Shown here piece by piece: positions 36,574 to 49,690 of a stretch of 64,000 nucleotides of DNA. The stretch is taken from NCBI RefSeq assembly GCF_032191835.1, contig NC_083223.1, positions 220,658,001 to 220,722,000 on the forward strand. The letters are read 5' to 3'. The position numbers and the translations under genes are program-made. The notes beneath the pieces were generated by a model. That model saw nothing but the letters and a program-made list of their open reading frames with translations. It was not told the DNA's origin and ran no database searches. Within the stretch, counting starts at the first letter, position 1, and each line of letters starts with the position of its first letter. The stretch is from Heteronotia binoei (Eukaryota).

Positions 36574-36740
36574 CTAGCCTGATCTCACCAGATCTTGGAG
36601 GCTAAGCAGGGTCAGCTCTGATTAGCACTTGGAAAGGAGACCACTAAGGAAGTCCAAGGTTGCTGTGCAGAGGCAGACAATGGCAAATCACCTCTGAACG
36701 TCTCTTACCATGTCAGCTGTAACTTGATAGCACTTTCCAC
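36574..36740 (+). mobile_element. 5S rRNA-derived SINE
   Basis: GCCTGATCTCACCAGATCTTGGAGGCTAAGCAGGGTCAGCTCTGATTAGCACTTGGAAAGGAGACC follows the 5S A-box/C-box region; a Sauria-like 3' part follows. Confidence 0.75.
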
Positions 36741-37629
36741 TGCCACCCCTGCAAATGGTGATAATGTTGCAGCTGCCAGCTCAAAAGAGACCCAGTGACA
36801 CATGGGAGGCAACAGAGTTCCACCTGGCACTACAAAGCTTCTGATGTGCCTGGCTTCTTGGTCTGGGCAACTTATTGCATAGATACCGCCAGAACTGCTC
36901 TTGACTGTCTGCCTGCTTTGTGGCTCCACAGCCTGCTTAGTGTCAGCTTGCCTTCAGACTGCCAGCCCCGACAATGACCTATTTTACAGGATTGTGAGGA
37001 TTATGGAGCTAATGTCAGTAGAGGTTTCAAGAACGTACAGAAAGTGCTAAATGTTAACAGTGTATTTCATTTTGCAGGGTTGGCTTGTTTTGTTCTTCAT
37101 GATGTTATGTAGGATTGTGTATGAGAAGCATTTTCACCTTAATTCTCCATTTGTAACATTTTCTGTTGCTAAGCATATTCTGCAGCCTTTTCAGTCCTAG
37201 TACAAGGCTAAGCAGAGAATTCATAGCTTGTAGTAATAGGCTAAATGATTCACGTGCAGGAGTTTCTATGTTCAGTCCCTTTCACTTCTAGTAAAAAGGG
37301 GAAATATCTCAGATACCAGGGACCCCTGCCTCAGACCTTGGAGACTGCTGCCAGTCTGGATAAACACAAGCATAAGGCAGCTTCTTCCGGGATCTCCAGA
37401 TTACTTACTTTCCAGCCACAGTACATAGGCAGTGGGAGAAGCAGCCATGGGGAATGAGGACACCTGGCTATGCAAAAAAACAGTCATTGCTTTATTTGTT
37501 TAACACTGGAACTATCTGGAAGGTTGTGAGGAAGTAGCAAAGAATGAGGACTAGCAAGAACAGCAGCTCTAGAAATGCCACCCAAGTGGCCCCACCCCTG
37601 TTGCTGGGCCACAGACACAAAACCCTGTG

Positions 37630-37830
37630 ACTGGGATTGCCACCTCTAGCTTGAGAAATTCCTGGAGATTTGGCGGTAGAGGCTGGGGAGGCTTGAGTTT
37701 GAGGAGAGAAGGGAGCTCAGGAGGGATGTGATTCCATAGAGTCTGTCCTTCACCAGTGCCGTTTGCTTCAGAGGAACCAGCCTCTGCAGTTGGGATATCA
37801 CCTGTAGTTCTGGGAGAGCCCCAGGCTCCA
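37630..37830 (+). mobile_element. hAT-type MITE (TAGGGTTGCCA family), degenerate
   Basis: GGGATTGCCA...AAATTCCTGGAGATTTGG...CCATAGAGTC module. Confidence 0.55.
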
Positions 37831-38440
37831 TTTAAAGAATAACAGCAGAGTATCACTGGAAGTAGCTATTGCTGCACAGTTATTCCTTATCTTTGTTTCC
37901 GTGTGAAGGATGGCAGCCATACCTGTGAGCCAGGTAAGACAGGAAAGTGCAAGCAGAATAGGTCGAGGCTGATGCTCCCAGGGCACTTTCTGTGTAGGCC
38001 AGAGAAAAAATGACAGCAAAGCACAGAAGAGAGCTGAGTGTGAAGTTGTGTGAGGGAATAGAGAAAATGGGCCAACCACCAGGCCTGGGGTACAATGGGT
38101 GGCTCTCACAGATGTTTTACTTTCCCTCATACTCATATTTGGAATTCCCTGCCACTCTAACTACCACTAGGACAAAAGAGAAGCTACTTTGTACTTACAT
38201 TCAGTGAAGCAAATAGCAGATTTATTAAATGGCCAATAAATAAGCCACTATTAGAAGACCTTAAAATATGCAGTTCCCAACACTTCAGAAAGCTCATGGT
38301 TATGTCATAAACAGGTACGTTTTACTTGTTGGACAGCATCCCATTCTTAAGCTACTGACACTCTCAATGTTTCTGAGTTGCATTTGCCAGAATAAAGATT
38401 AGGAACACATTAAAATGAATTGCTTTTTTTTTTTTGGTAG

Positions 38441-38643
38441 CTGAACTGTTCATGGAACAACAGCATCTCAAAGAAGCAGGCTTCTGTATCCAGGAGGCAG
38501 CCAGTCTCTTTCCCACATCTCACACTGTGCTGTACATGCGTGGGAGGCTCGCAGAGATGAACGGCAGCTTGGAGGAGGCTAAGCAATTGTATGATGAAGC
38601 ACTAACAGTTAATCCAAATGGAGTGGAAATCATGAACTGCTTG
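38441..38643 (+). CDS. TTC7A: TTC7A internal coding exon (human exon 19 equivalent, 203 nt; TPR region)
   Basis: Poly-T acceptor ...ttttggtag|CT, donor TTG|gtgagt. Encodes [68 protein letters not shown], close to recalled human TTC7A. Confidence 0.97.
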
Positions 38644-41600
38644 GTGAGTGTGCAAGGGTCCAGCTACCAGCTATGGCGGGGTGCCCTGTGGCCATGTCAG
38701 GCAGACACAGTCACATTCTCAGCAGTTGTATTCTGCAAAGCAAGGCCATGGAAAAAGAATTCTCAGAAATCCCAGCATTCTAGTCTGGGATACAGTGCAT
38801 GTTTTTGGGGGGTGATTAATGTTTTGTGAAAACTGTAATCCCTGTGAGTACAGTATGTATTTAGGCTCTTGGGCCCTCCCCAGATATAGTATCAAGGTAA
38901 TAATATACCTGTCCTACAGTGCCATTTTAGGATTACTGCAATAATGCTGATTTTAAAAAATTGCATTATGTTTCCAGTGAGCTATTCTTTTAGAGAGTTA
39001 GAAAGAATAATTTCTGCTTGGGTACTAGAGTCCTATTTTGGGGCTTGGAATGTTAGCTGATCCAGTCAGTTTCCAAAACAAAGTTCCCCTGTAGATGGGC
39101 CTGTTTGTCCCTGGTGTACCAGCACTAATTAGCATAGGACTCATGTGAGGTTATACATATTTACACAAAATAAATAAAAACCCAGCTCCTGGATTTCTTG
39201 CTTAACAGAGTTCCACCCAGTTGGACAGCACTCCTCATGGCTGCTAGCAGAGGAGTTGTTCTCAAATGTGCTTGGGGCAACACATGCAAAGTTCCTTGTC
39301 CGCAAGAACTGGACTTACGGTAGCTTCAGGCTGCAGCAAGGAAGAATAAATACTGCATATCCAGAAGTCTGGGTCTGAAAGTGGTGGCACTCCAAGCAGG
39401 CTTAGAAAGGAAAACAGAGTCAGTAATCAGTTAAAAGGATGAAAGGTAATTTATTGAGGAGAATCAAGGTTATAAGCAGTTAGAGTGGAATTGTCATTTC
39501 AGCACAAAAATACAACACTTCCCATCATTTCTGGTACCCTATTCTGGCACTTATTCAATAGTTACCCAAATGAAGTAGTGCATACTTCAGAGAATAGGGA
39601 AATGGTTCAAGAAGGAAATCCAGTCATCGTCTCCTCCTCCTCCTCTTCTTCTTCTTTTTGGTTATGCTGAGTTTGTTTTGCTTCACAAAACTCTTCCAGT
39701 TTTGCCAGTGAGTTTTGGGCAAAGTGGAGATTTGAACCCGAGTTGCCCCAGTTGTAGTCCATCACTCTAAGCACTATACCATACTGCCTCTGATCAAGTT
39801 ATAGTTCTGGTACCTTTTGATGGGGCATCTGGACTAAATCAGGTTTACCATGTTTTGCATTGTGTGTGCTCTTCCATCTACTCAGGCATTGAAAAACCAA
39901 GTGATCTAGTAGGACCCTACCATGTTGCAACCCTCTTTTATGTTTCCTATAACTAGCATTGCTAGCTACCCATTTTTTATTTACTTATTTTATTAGATTT
40001 GCATCCCGCCCTCCCTGCTGAAGCAGGCTCAGGGCAACTAGTAGAAGGAAAGGGCGATTCATCAACTCTGTGCACTGCTAATGACATCATCAGGAATATG
40101 ATCAGATTTCTAAACTTTGGCATTACCTTGCTTTAAAAATGAGATTTTTTTTTTCAGTCCAATGTGGTTTGACAAACAAAAGTCTCAGTTGACACATATC
40201 CACCCATTTTGAACAGGTGAAACTCTTCTCTTTGCTGCATCTCAAGGCTTATCTCAAATGTTATTTATTGGATATCTACCTGTTAGGCTGCAATCACAAA
40301 CAGAAGGCCTCATAAAAAGGTGAAAGCCTCATAAACTCATTGACATACAAACAAAGCATCAGTACATATTGCTAGAGCTAAAAAGGAATTTAATGGTGTT
40401 CAGAGAAGGGATTGGGTATACATATGGTTGACAGGAGTCACCTTGAGGACTGAATGCCAAAAGACAGAATGTAAATTCCATAAATAAATAAAATAAAAAG
40501 CTTGATAATTACAGCAGCTATTTCTTGCGGGGAAAGTACTAAAACATGCAACAGAATGGGTTAGGAAAAGCCTTCTTCTGGGAATGTAACTACAGTAGAA
40601 TGCTTAGGATCTAGTCAGGCAACATTTGTCTAGCTGTAGTTCAAGTACTTAACAATAGGTCTAACAGAATTAATTGAATAATTAGTGTGATTAAGCAACT
40701 AATGGTTTGATTACAATCAAAACAGTGGCTGTGACTAATTGGTTCTGGGCAGACACACACACACACAGCCATTTTCCTCTTGCCTTCCCTGCTGCATATT
40801 ACTCCTCTGATGACAGATCTGGGAGCCTATAATCATATCTCTTGCCGTTACATTATAGGTGCCAATCACCAATCAGGTAAGTCATCACATTGCGCGTTTC
40901 CCCTCCCCCTACCAGAAAGCCACAAAAGAATTGGAGCAAGAGTGGGGAAATGCGCACTGTGATGCCATTGCACTGTAGATGACATGAGTCTACTTTGGGA
41001 GAGGGATTTACTTAGAGATGCCGTGTTTAGCTGCCATCCCATGTCAAGTGCAGTGTGAAGTTCTTCCCCCAGAAGTAAACATACAGTACAATTTTCTGCA
41101 TCATGGAAAGAATCAGTTACTTAGAGATACTCCTCTCCTCAAGTCTGTCTCCATGAGGAAAGCTAATATGTCAGGTTCTATACAATACTAAGGCCATAAA
41201 TAATTTTTAAATTCTCCCAGGGCACAAGAAAGCTGTCCTCAAGTGGCACCACCACCAACAGTATACTAGCTCGCTTCAGATGTTTCTGCAGCTGGTTGTA
41301 GTTCATATTATTGTATATGCACATTTGCTTTCAAATGCAACACTTCAAAGAAGAAAAGGAGGAATTGCTTAATTTTTTTTAAAAAAAACCCAACATCTGT
41401 TTTCTTAAATCCTTGCTTCACATGAGCCTGGAGAAAAACACAGAAAGGCATGTCACAGAATATTGTACTGACACTAATTAAGTGCCAGTTTACCAGGAAA
41501 CAGTACTGTATTTATATATGTGAAAACAAAAAGACCACAGTGGTCAACTACCTCCATGGGAGCTGGTATTCATTGGGAGCTGCATTGAAAGTTTCACATG

Positions 41601-43010
41601 GTTCTTGAAAATCATGGGTTTTATTTGAATATTGTACAGGAGAGAAGCAGATGAGCAGCTGTTTTCTGCTTCTGTTGTTTCTTGAATGCAATCTCAGCTA
41701 TAGAGACCCATGCAGAGGAGCATCATTTGGGGTTCCTGTTGAGAGGCTAGCCAAAGACAGTTCATTGAGGAGGCAGCAGCCAGGTTCAAAGACTTCATTG
41801 AAGCCCTCCCCCCAAAAAGAGTGGTTTTGTTGCCATTACCTTTTGTACCTCAATACTGTGGGGGGGGGGTGATTCTTTTTGAAGAATAATCATGCATCTC
41901 CTAAAATGGGGGGAGGACTGCTTCTCCAGCCATTCCTATACCATCCCTATGTGGCTCCTCCATGGACTGCATGTCTGCAGATTTTCTTTTTAGATGACCC
42001 AACATTTAGCCAAAAGAAGAGCTAATCATTTGCACAACTGCAGTTCTGCTGTAGTTTGTGAAAAAGAATTATAAAGTATTATTGTTAAAATGCAAAACTG
42101 GTTTTAAACAATGAGAGGGGCATAGCTGTTTCCCCATTTTTTATCTTTTTATTTTTGTTTGGTGAAGGGTGGATTCTGAAGTAAACAATTCTGCTTAGGT
42201 TTTCTATACCATTCTAAGAAGAGTAAACAATATGAATAAAAATAAGAATTACTCTATAATCATGGTAATGTTCACTGTGCCATTTATTTTAGACACTCAG
42301 TACCTAGTTACTGCCTCTAAGAAAACTCATCCCTTTGAGTCTTTTTAAAAATAATGTTAGCACTTTCTAAAGCTATGATACCCAAGGAGTTTACTATTGG
42401 GATTCAAGTAAGTTTCAAACATAAGTTGGTCAAAGTTGGCAGAAAGGATGTGTTTTACAATGAAGTTAAGTACTAAAAAAATGCATATTTTGAACAGTGG
42501 TATATTAGTGACATTTCTTTCAAAATAAATCATTTCTTCAAGATGTGTTAATATAGTTTAGCTCTTTTTTCATTATTGTTGTGTTGAAACCAATTTAATT
42601 GCTTGGAATTTTGAAAATCATAGCATAGTAGTGTTTGTTTCTATTTAAATCATTTTTATCATTTGTATCCTCCATCAGTGGGTTATTTGAAAGATTAAAA
42701 GGGGGAAAAAACAGTTTCTCTGAAGAGTTTCAGATGTCAATTCCATTTGTTTCCCTAGTATTTCTGAACAGTTCTTCAAAGATACTTTGAAGAGCAAGTA
42801 GGGCTGTTTGACTTCTGGGGCCCCAGGTATCCCAGAATGGCTCACTGCCAACTTGGCCAGGCTCAATGTCAATCCCTAATCCTCCATCACAGAAGAACCC
42901 ATAACACTTGTGATCTTTCTCTTGGTACCAGAAGCAGTTCTTGGGCCAATCTGCGGAAGGCATGGGACCTGCCTTCTCCCCTTGCTGAATTTGGGGGTGT
43001 GTGTGTACAC

Positions 43011-43204
43011 CAATGTTCCCTCTAAGCTACAGAGTCTTGTGAGCAAATATTCTACTTTGTGAGCTACTGGCATTAAAGTTGTGAGCTCCTGCATAAATTA
43101 TTGCACTCTGGGGTCATCCTTCCTGAGCTAAGACAAAAATGTGTGAGCTGGAGGCTAAAAATTTGTGAGCTAGTTTATATTAACTCAGCTTAGAGGGAAC
43201 ACTG
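43011..43204. mobile_element. hAT MITE
   Basis: TIRs CAATGTTCCCTCTAAGCT / AGCTTAGAGGGAACACTG; TSD GTGTACAC / GTGTGCAC. Confidence 0.85.
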
Positions 43205-44548
43205 GTGTGCACACATGTGACATATAGCATCTTTTCCAGAAAGCTGAGGGAGGAAGCAGTAGCTGTTTGCCACTATTGCAACCAACTGTCTGTGTCCAGA
43301 AGGAGTCACTGTTGCCACCATCCCCAGTCTCAGGCTGCTGACTGGGTGAATGGGCAAGTTGTAACTACTCCTGAGGGCCACCACTATGCATTAAACCATG
43401 GTAGGTTTGCAATGGCAGGCAGAAGCAGCAGCACCACTGCTAGCCTACCATATGAGGATAGGTTACTGCTATGTTAACTGGCACCCGCCCGCTAGATGAG
43501 GAGAATAATGGAGAGGGGCCAACCTGATGGAGGACCCAATCGGAAGCAGTTTGGTGACGTGACCTTGATGACAATTTCTGGCCCATAGATTGTAACAGTG
43601 GGAGATGGAACATTCTGAAACTCTACAGTCAAGCCAAGAGGTCAGAAAGAAATACTGTTCTTGAAGAGTCATTCCTGCAGCCTATATACTCCCAAGCCCA
43701 TCTGTGCATCCTGCACAACTTCAGATCTCTGAAACTGAATGTTGCCCACTATTTATGTTGGGGCTCAGTCAGTCAGATTTGCATATCTGCCTTTTTTAGT
43801 GCCTGGCATACCACAACAAAGGTTTGCTTGGTGAATCAGAAATCATACATAAGTCTGCTCTAAAACTTGAGATCCTAAAAATAGCAGTACCTTTTCATCC
43901 TCTAAGCCAAGCTAGACTTGATGGGGCAGCTATGTGCATGCCTCATTCACATATTAATGAGAGTGTCCATTTTTTCACATTTAAAAGAGAGTGAAGATAT
44001 TCCTTCTCCCAGTGTCATACCTTGAGCATTCCACTGCTTGAAACACTTTTCTCCAAAACAGAAAGTGAGATGGGTGGACGAGGAAAATGCTTAAAACAGC
44101 TAAGTACCACAAGGGAAGGGGCAGGTAGATTTAGCTCCCCTAATCCATGGGTGTCAATCATAAGGCTCAGGGGCCAGAACCAGCCCATCCAGGACTCTCA
44201 TGTGGCCCGCAAGCAACTGGTGCAAGGAAGGAAGTGTTGAGGAGGGAGTGAGCAGAACCATTCCATTGTGGCTTCACCATGGCAGAACATCCTCATCGGC
44301 AGCAGTCAAGCATTGTGAGAGCATCTGCCCAGTGCTGCACTGCTGCCTCTCTAGTCTACCTTTTCCTCTGCACCTCACTCTCAGTCCATGGGGCCTTGCA
44401 GTAAGGATACACCAATTCAAAGTTTACCAGCTGCTGTACTTTATACAGTTTCTAGCTCCACTACCTGACATTATGTTTTATGGCACACATGGCCTGACCC
44501 AACAATGTGACTTGTCAGATCCAGCCCTCATAACAAATGGGTTTGACA

Positions 44549-45281
44549 TAGGGTTGCCAAGTTTGACTCAAGAAATATCTGGGGATTTTGGGGGAGGAGC
44601 CAGGAGCAAAATTGAACTCTGAAGGGAGTTCTGGCCATCAAATTTAAAGGGACCACGCTCCTTTTATATGCCTTCCCTCCATTTGGAATAATGAAGGATA
44701 GGGGCACCTTCTTTTGGGGATCATAGAATTGGGCCCTCTAGTCCAATCTTTTTGAAACTTGGGGAGGGTAGTTTGAGGAGAGTCAGCTGATGCTATGCTG
44801 AAAATTTGGATGGATAAAAGGAAGTACTTCTTCACCCAAAGGGTGATTAACATGTGGAATTCACTGCCACAGGAGGTGGTGGCGTCCACAAGCATAGCCA
44901 CCTTCAAGAAGGGGTTAGATAAAAATATGGAGCAGAGGTCCATCAGTGGCTATTAGCCACAGTGTGTGTGTGTGTGTATTTGGCCGCTGTGTGACACAGA
45001 ATGTTGGACTGGATGGGCCATTGGCCTGATCTAACATGGCTTCTCTTATGTTCTTATGTTCTTAAATTTGGTGCCTCTAACTCAAAAAACACACACACAC
45101 AGAGCCCCAGATACCTACAGATCAATTTTCCATTATACCCTGTGGGAATTGGTCTCCATAGGGAATAATAGGGTGCCCAGCAGACATTTCCTACTCCCAC
45201 ACACACACACTTTCCGATGATTCTGAAGTGGGGGGAGGGCCTCCAAACCAGGGGAGCCTCTGCCCTCACCTGGGGATTAGG
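44549..45281 (+). mobile_element. Long hAT MITE (TAGGGTTGCCA family) interrupted by CR1
   Basis: Starts TAGGGTTGCCAAG; the body is the reverse orientation of the copies at 54554 and 57705; right TIR eroded. Confidence 0.7.
44812..45063 (+). mobile_element. CR1 3' end with intact tail
   Basis: Closely matches 12242-12395; ends TTATGTTCTTATGTTCTT; AAATTTGG flanks both sides (44802-44809, 45064-45071). Confidence 0.9.
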
Positions 45282-45946
45282 AGAAAAAGCAAACACTATA
45301 TGCTTCTGATTAATTTGTTCTTATTACAGTTACAATAAAGAGTGCTTCACAAATAACTTTTTAAAGTCCAATTTCTTTATTGATGGCAAAAAATATTATA
45401 TCTGGGTTTGCTTAATGCAAGCAACATTACTTCAACAACAGCTGAAAGTACCAGCACCAGCTAACAGGCATAACCGGTCTGTACTCCTGTTTTGCATTGA
45501 AGCTTTATCCAAGCTATTGCTTTTTGCCTATAAAACAATCAATTTAATAATATAGGTTACCATATAGGTTGTTTGCTTTTTCTCCTGGTCTCCTGTGCAT
45601 GTGACTTTTTCTTGTTGCATGCTGACCTGGGGATAGGCAGCCCTAGTTTGACTCCTCTGCCTTAATCCATGGATTTCTGTGATGGACAGCCCTTAAAACA
45701 GGCTTCAAAATGCTGCACTATCGGAGTATTGGGAGGTGAAGAGTTAAACCTCCTCAAGAACTGAGTGACAGTCTACTCCAAGCACTCTACCACCAGCTAA
45801 GGGCAGAAATTTTGATTAGCTGGGTGCTGAGGGAGAATGGGCATTCTGACAGATTCCTGATTTGAGAGAAGAGAGGCGATTCTGTATATTAACTGTTGAA
45901 AATCTGCTCTGGAGAACAATTCTGCTGAAGAACTGAAAGAGTCTGG

Positions 45947-46346
45947 GGGCGCAATCACATAAGAGAGTAGGTCTGCCCTAGCCACCCCTCCCCTCCAGAT
46001 TGAACAGGCGCAATCACATGTGCACAACTGCCCCCCGTGCCCCGCCCATCCTTACCTCGTTGAAGGATGGGCTGGACTGGATTAAACAGCCACTGGGAAC
46101 TTCTTGGAAGCAAAACTCTGAAGCACATGCATGGCACATTTCCCAGCTGTCTGAACAGCTGAGGCACGTGATGCACATGGCCCACATTTGCAGGAGCAAT
46201 CTGAATGCTCCTTTTGTGTGCGTGTGGCCCGTGCTTCTCCTAGCAGCAGGGCGGGGACTGTGTGATTGCTGCATCACACATCAAAGAGCACCAGTTTTTT
46301 CAAAGCTGAGAGATGGCCGTAGCAAATTCCAAGTGTGATTGCACCC
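45947..46346. mobile_element. Possible Harbinger-like MITE
   Basis: Termini GGGCGCAATCACAT / GTGTGATTGCACCC, with an internal copy of the left motif near 46006; TSD ambiguous. Confidence 0.4.
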
Positions 46347-46358
46347 TGAGTCTCAGCC

Positions 46359-47039
46359 TGTGCTAAAAGCAGTTTTACTCAGACACAAAAATTGGTAATT
46401 AGATATGACAAGATTGTTGGGTAGTGAGATGAGACTTCCATTCAAGCCAAAGGAAAAGGGATATATCTTCTAGGGAAATAAGAAGAATCCCTACCCAGTT
46501 AAACAAGGAGAGTTATCTCTTGGAGGAGGAGATCCCTGCTCTGTTGTGAAGGGAAACTGGTTTGAGACACCTCAAGAGCTAGACAGAAATTAAGGATTAA
46601 AAGGAAGGGAGTTAGGTACTGAAAGAAGGAAGTAACAGGAGAAACAGGAAACTCTATTAAGAAGTATTGTAGTGTTTGGAAAACACAGGGGGAAAGCCTC
46701 TTGATATTAAGATCTCAATAACCATGAAAATAATCTTCAATAACTCTCATTTGCCTCTATAAAGAATTACAGTCTGTACTGATTTTTGTCTCGAAGATAA
46801 CAACTCCTGATTACACTTGACCTTCCTCTGTGTTTTAAATAAAATCTTTTGTTCTGTTTGACTTTTATGCCTTTTATATAATCTCAAGTGCCATTTGAAG
46901 GGGTTGAACCCAAGAGGGCTTCTTATTCTTCCTTCAGGTTCCAGTGCTGGGCTAAAAACCAAATTATATCTCTGTGACAGGGTGGGACAGACAGTCTTTT
47001 AAAGACAAAGAAGAAAACCACATTACTTGGGGTGTCACA
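46359..47039 (+). mobile_element. Possible solo LTR
   Basis: Begins TGTG, ends GGGGTGTCACA, purine-rich U3-like part and AATAAA near 46838; no matching TSD found. Confidence 0.4.
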
Positions 47040-48082
47040 GAAGGGAACAACATTTTGGAGGGAGAGAAAATCTACCTCTGAGGGAGGGGAGTGTGAGGGG
47101 CAGCCATAACTTCTTTTCCATTCTCAGCCTGGAACATGAATAAGGCATTGTAGGGTGGTTCCTACCCCTGTCCTCCCACTCCACTGAACAATGGCTCTTC
47201 CTTCAACAGAAGAGCTACTTAAGTTGAAAGAAAGCTCTTTGGAAAATAGTTGGATCCACCCCACTTTTTGGCTCCATCAAATCACGTTTTGACTTCTGTG
47301 CATGCTGATTAATCAGCAAATCATTATGATCAGGGTTACGTATGAAATAGAACAGCGACTGCAACTGAAAATAGGCTTACATTAATTTATTTCAGGATTT
47401 TTTCCCCACAGCCATCTGCACTAGCTTGACTGCAGTGTCCTGCCTGCCTTCCAGCCAGCCATCATGCTGATAAATTGTCTCTGCAGTGCTGAGAAGGAAA
47501 GGGGAAGCAGAAACAGATGTCTAAAGCATTTGAAGCAGTGCTCTTTTACTCTGGGTAATAGGGCACAAAAAGACGGGGTGGGGGGGAGATTTTTCTCCTC
47601 AGTAAAAATTGTGATCAAGGTACACTTGTTTTCAAGTTATGATAACAATGAATTTTGTTGCCTCTGAATGTTAGAGGACAAAACCAGTTTTTCCATGCAC
47701 AGGGAAAATTGTTAAAGCATCCTGGGGAATATCATATCTGATGCAGAAAGATGCAGGATTTTATGGGAGGTCTGCCTCATTCCAAGGTAAAGAGCGGTGG
47801 GGGGGCAGGGGGCAGAGATGGATTTTCAAATGGCATGTAGACAGGGTACTGAACCCTCCACTCACTTAGCACTTGTTGCCTTGCAGTCAGTCCCACAAGG
47901 ACTTCTCTAACGACCGGGCTCTGATCCCAAAAGTGAGCCCAGCTATGTTAAAAGCTCCTGAAGGGGTTGAAAGCTATGAATTAGGAGAGGATTTAGTACT
48001 CTCCAACCACACGTCCATTTGGTCTTTTAAATCACACTCCACCCTCTGTGTTTAAACAGGAGTCTACTGTCATCATGTATAA

Positions 48083-48218
48083 CAGGGGTGGCCAACGGTA
48101 GCTCTCCAGATGTTTTTTGCCTACAACTCCCATCAGCCCTACCCAGCATGGCCAATGGCTGGGGCTGATGGGAGTTGTAGGCAAAAAACATCTGGAGAGC
48201 TACTGTTGGCCACCCTTG
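48083..48218. mobile_element. hAT fold-back MITE
   Basis: TIRs CAGGGGTGGCCAAC / GTTGGCCACCCTTG with long inverted arms; perfect TSD ATGTATAA. Confidence 0.9.
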
Positions 48219-49485
48219 ATGTATAATTTGGTCTTGATCTTTAAGAGACAGAATTGCAATTCAGCTGAGAAGTGAAGAAAGATATTTGGTAGGTGAAAAG
48301 GCATTTACATTCTTACCAGCACCTAAAAGCATTTTAGAAAAGAACAATGAGTTTTGTTTCTTTGAGGGTTTTTTTAATGCTTCCAGCAATTACAATGAGA
48401 GGTTACCAGAATGGAAAAGTTTATATACTGAAAATCTTGTTGGTCTCTAAGATGCTCCTGGACTCAAATCCAGCTGTTCTACTGCCCACCTGAAACTATC
48501 CACAATGAAGATTGTGAATCAAAAGCCATGATGTGGGCATCCACACTGTCTTCAACGCCACTGCATTGTTGAAGGCCACATTATCATTCTTGACACAAGT
48601 ACGTGCTTTTGTAGAGAAGTTTATTTGTAGCAGAGTCAAACTGAATGACAGATTAGGACTGAGAGATCCTGACTTTTAAAGAGCTTTTTCTGTATTACAT
48701 GAAGACAAGCCTGGAATTTCCACTATGTGTGTAATAGGCAGTCTCAGTCAATATCAGCTTTTCATTGAGTGAGCCTGCATTGTATATGTGTTGTATGTAC
48801 TCATTCTGTACATTTTGGGAGGGTGCATTTGAAACAAACGGAGTGTATGCCTTCCACTTTTAAGATAGGGAGCCAGTTCCCTGATCTTCTGTATGCTTAG
48901 AACAAAACCAGACGATGCTGGAAGTGCCATGTATAACACTTCCAAGTCTCCCCCCCACACCGCCCAATAAAAAAAGTAGGTCCACATCATCCCAGTTCAA
49001 ATCAGTACTGTGGCACAGGGGAGGTTAAGCATTTCCACACATATCATTTTCCTGAACTGAAGTGGCCCCATGTAGCTGTTATTTGCTCTACTGAGCCAGG
49101 CATCAAAATTAGCAAATACCCTCCTGCAACTAGTATACAGAAGCATCATACCTCAGAACCATGAGGTTCCATTTAGCTATCATCCTATAGATATAAAAGC
49201 CAAGTTGTACTGGAGATGACTCACCTGCCCTCCCTTTGGCTGAGCCACATATCACTCAATCCCTCCAGCCTCAGGACAGATGAGAATTGGGCCACTGGGG
49301 AAGCTGTCTTTGCGTCTTACTGGCCCATCCTGCCAAGACCTCCATTTTCCCTCAGTGGCTATTGCTAGGCAACCATAGCATTCCAAGCTTGGTTCTGTCG
49401 ATGAGGCAGAGGGAGAAGGCCCTTTCCAGGCCTATTTTGGCCTTTGAGGCAGAACTCATTGGGGCCAGTCCTAACTAGGCTTGAC

Positions 49486-49690
49486 AGTTCCAGGTTGGTG
49501 GGAAATTCCTGGAGATTTTGTGGTGGAGTCTATGGAAGAACCTGGGGAGGGGACAGCTCTCAACTGAATATAATACCATAGAATACACCCTTCAAAGCAG
49601 TTATTTTCTCCAGGAGGAGAGATCTCTGTTTGGAGTTCAGTTATGAATTATGATACCAGGAGATTGTCAGGCTCCACCTGGAGGTTAAAC
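49486..49690 (+). mobile_element. hAT-type MITE (TAGGGTTGCCA family), degenerate
   Basis: GGAAATTCCTGGAGATTTTG...ATAATACCATAGAATACACCCTTCAAAGCAG...CCACCTGGAGGTT. Confidence 0.6.

Noticed and set aside
6257-38643. TTC7B as the gene identity
   Set aside because: The peptides match recalled TTC7A ([37 protein letters not shown]), not TTC7B.
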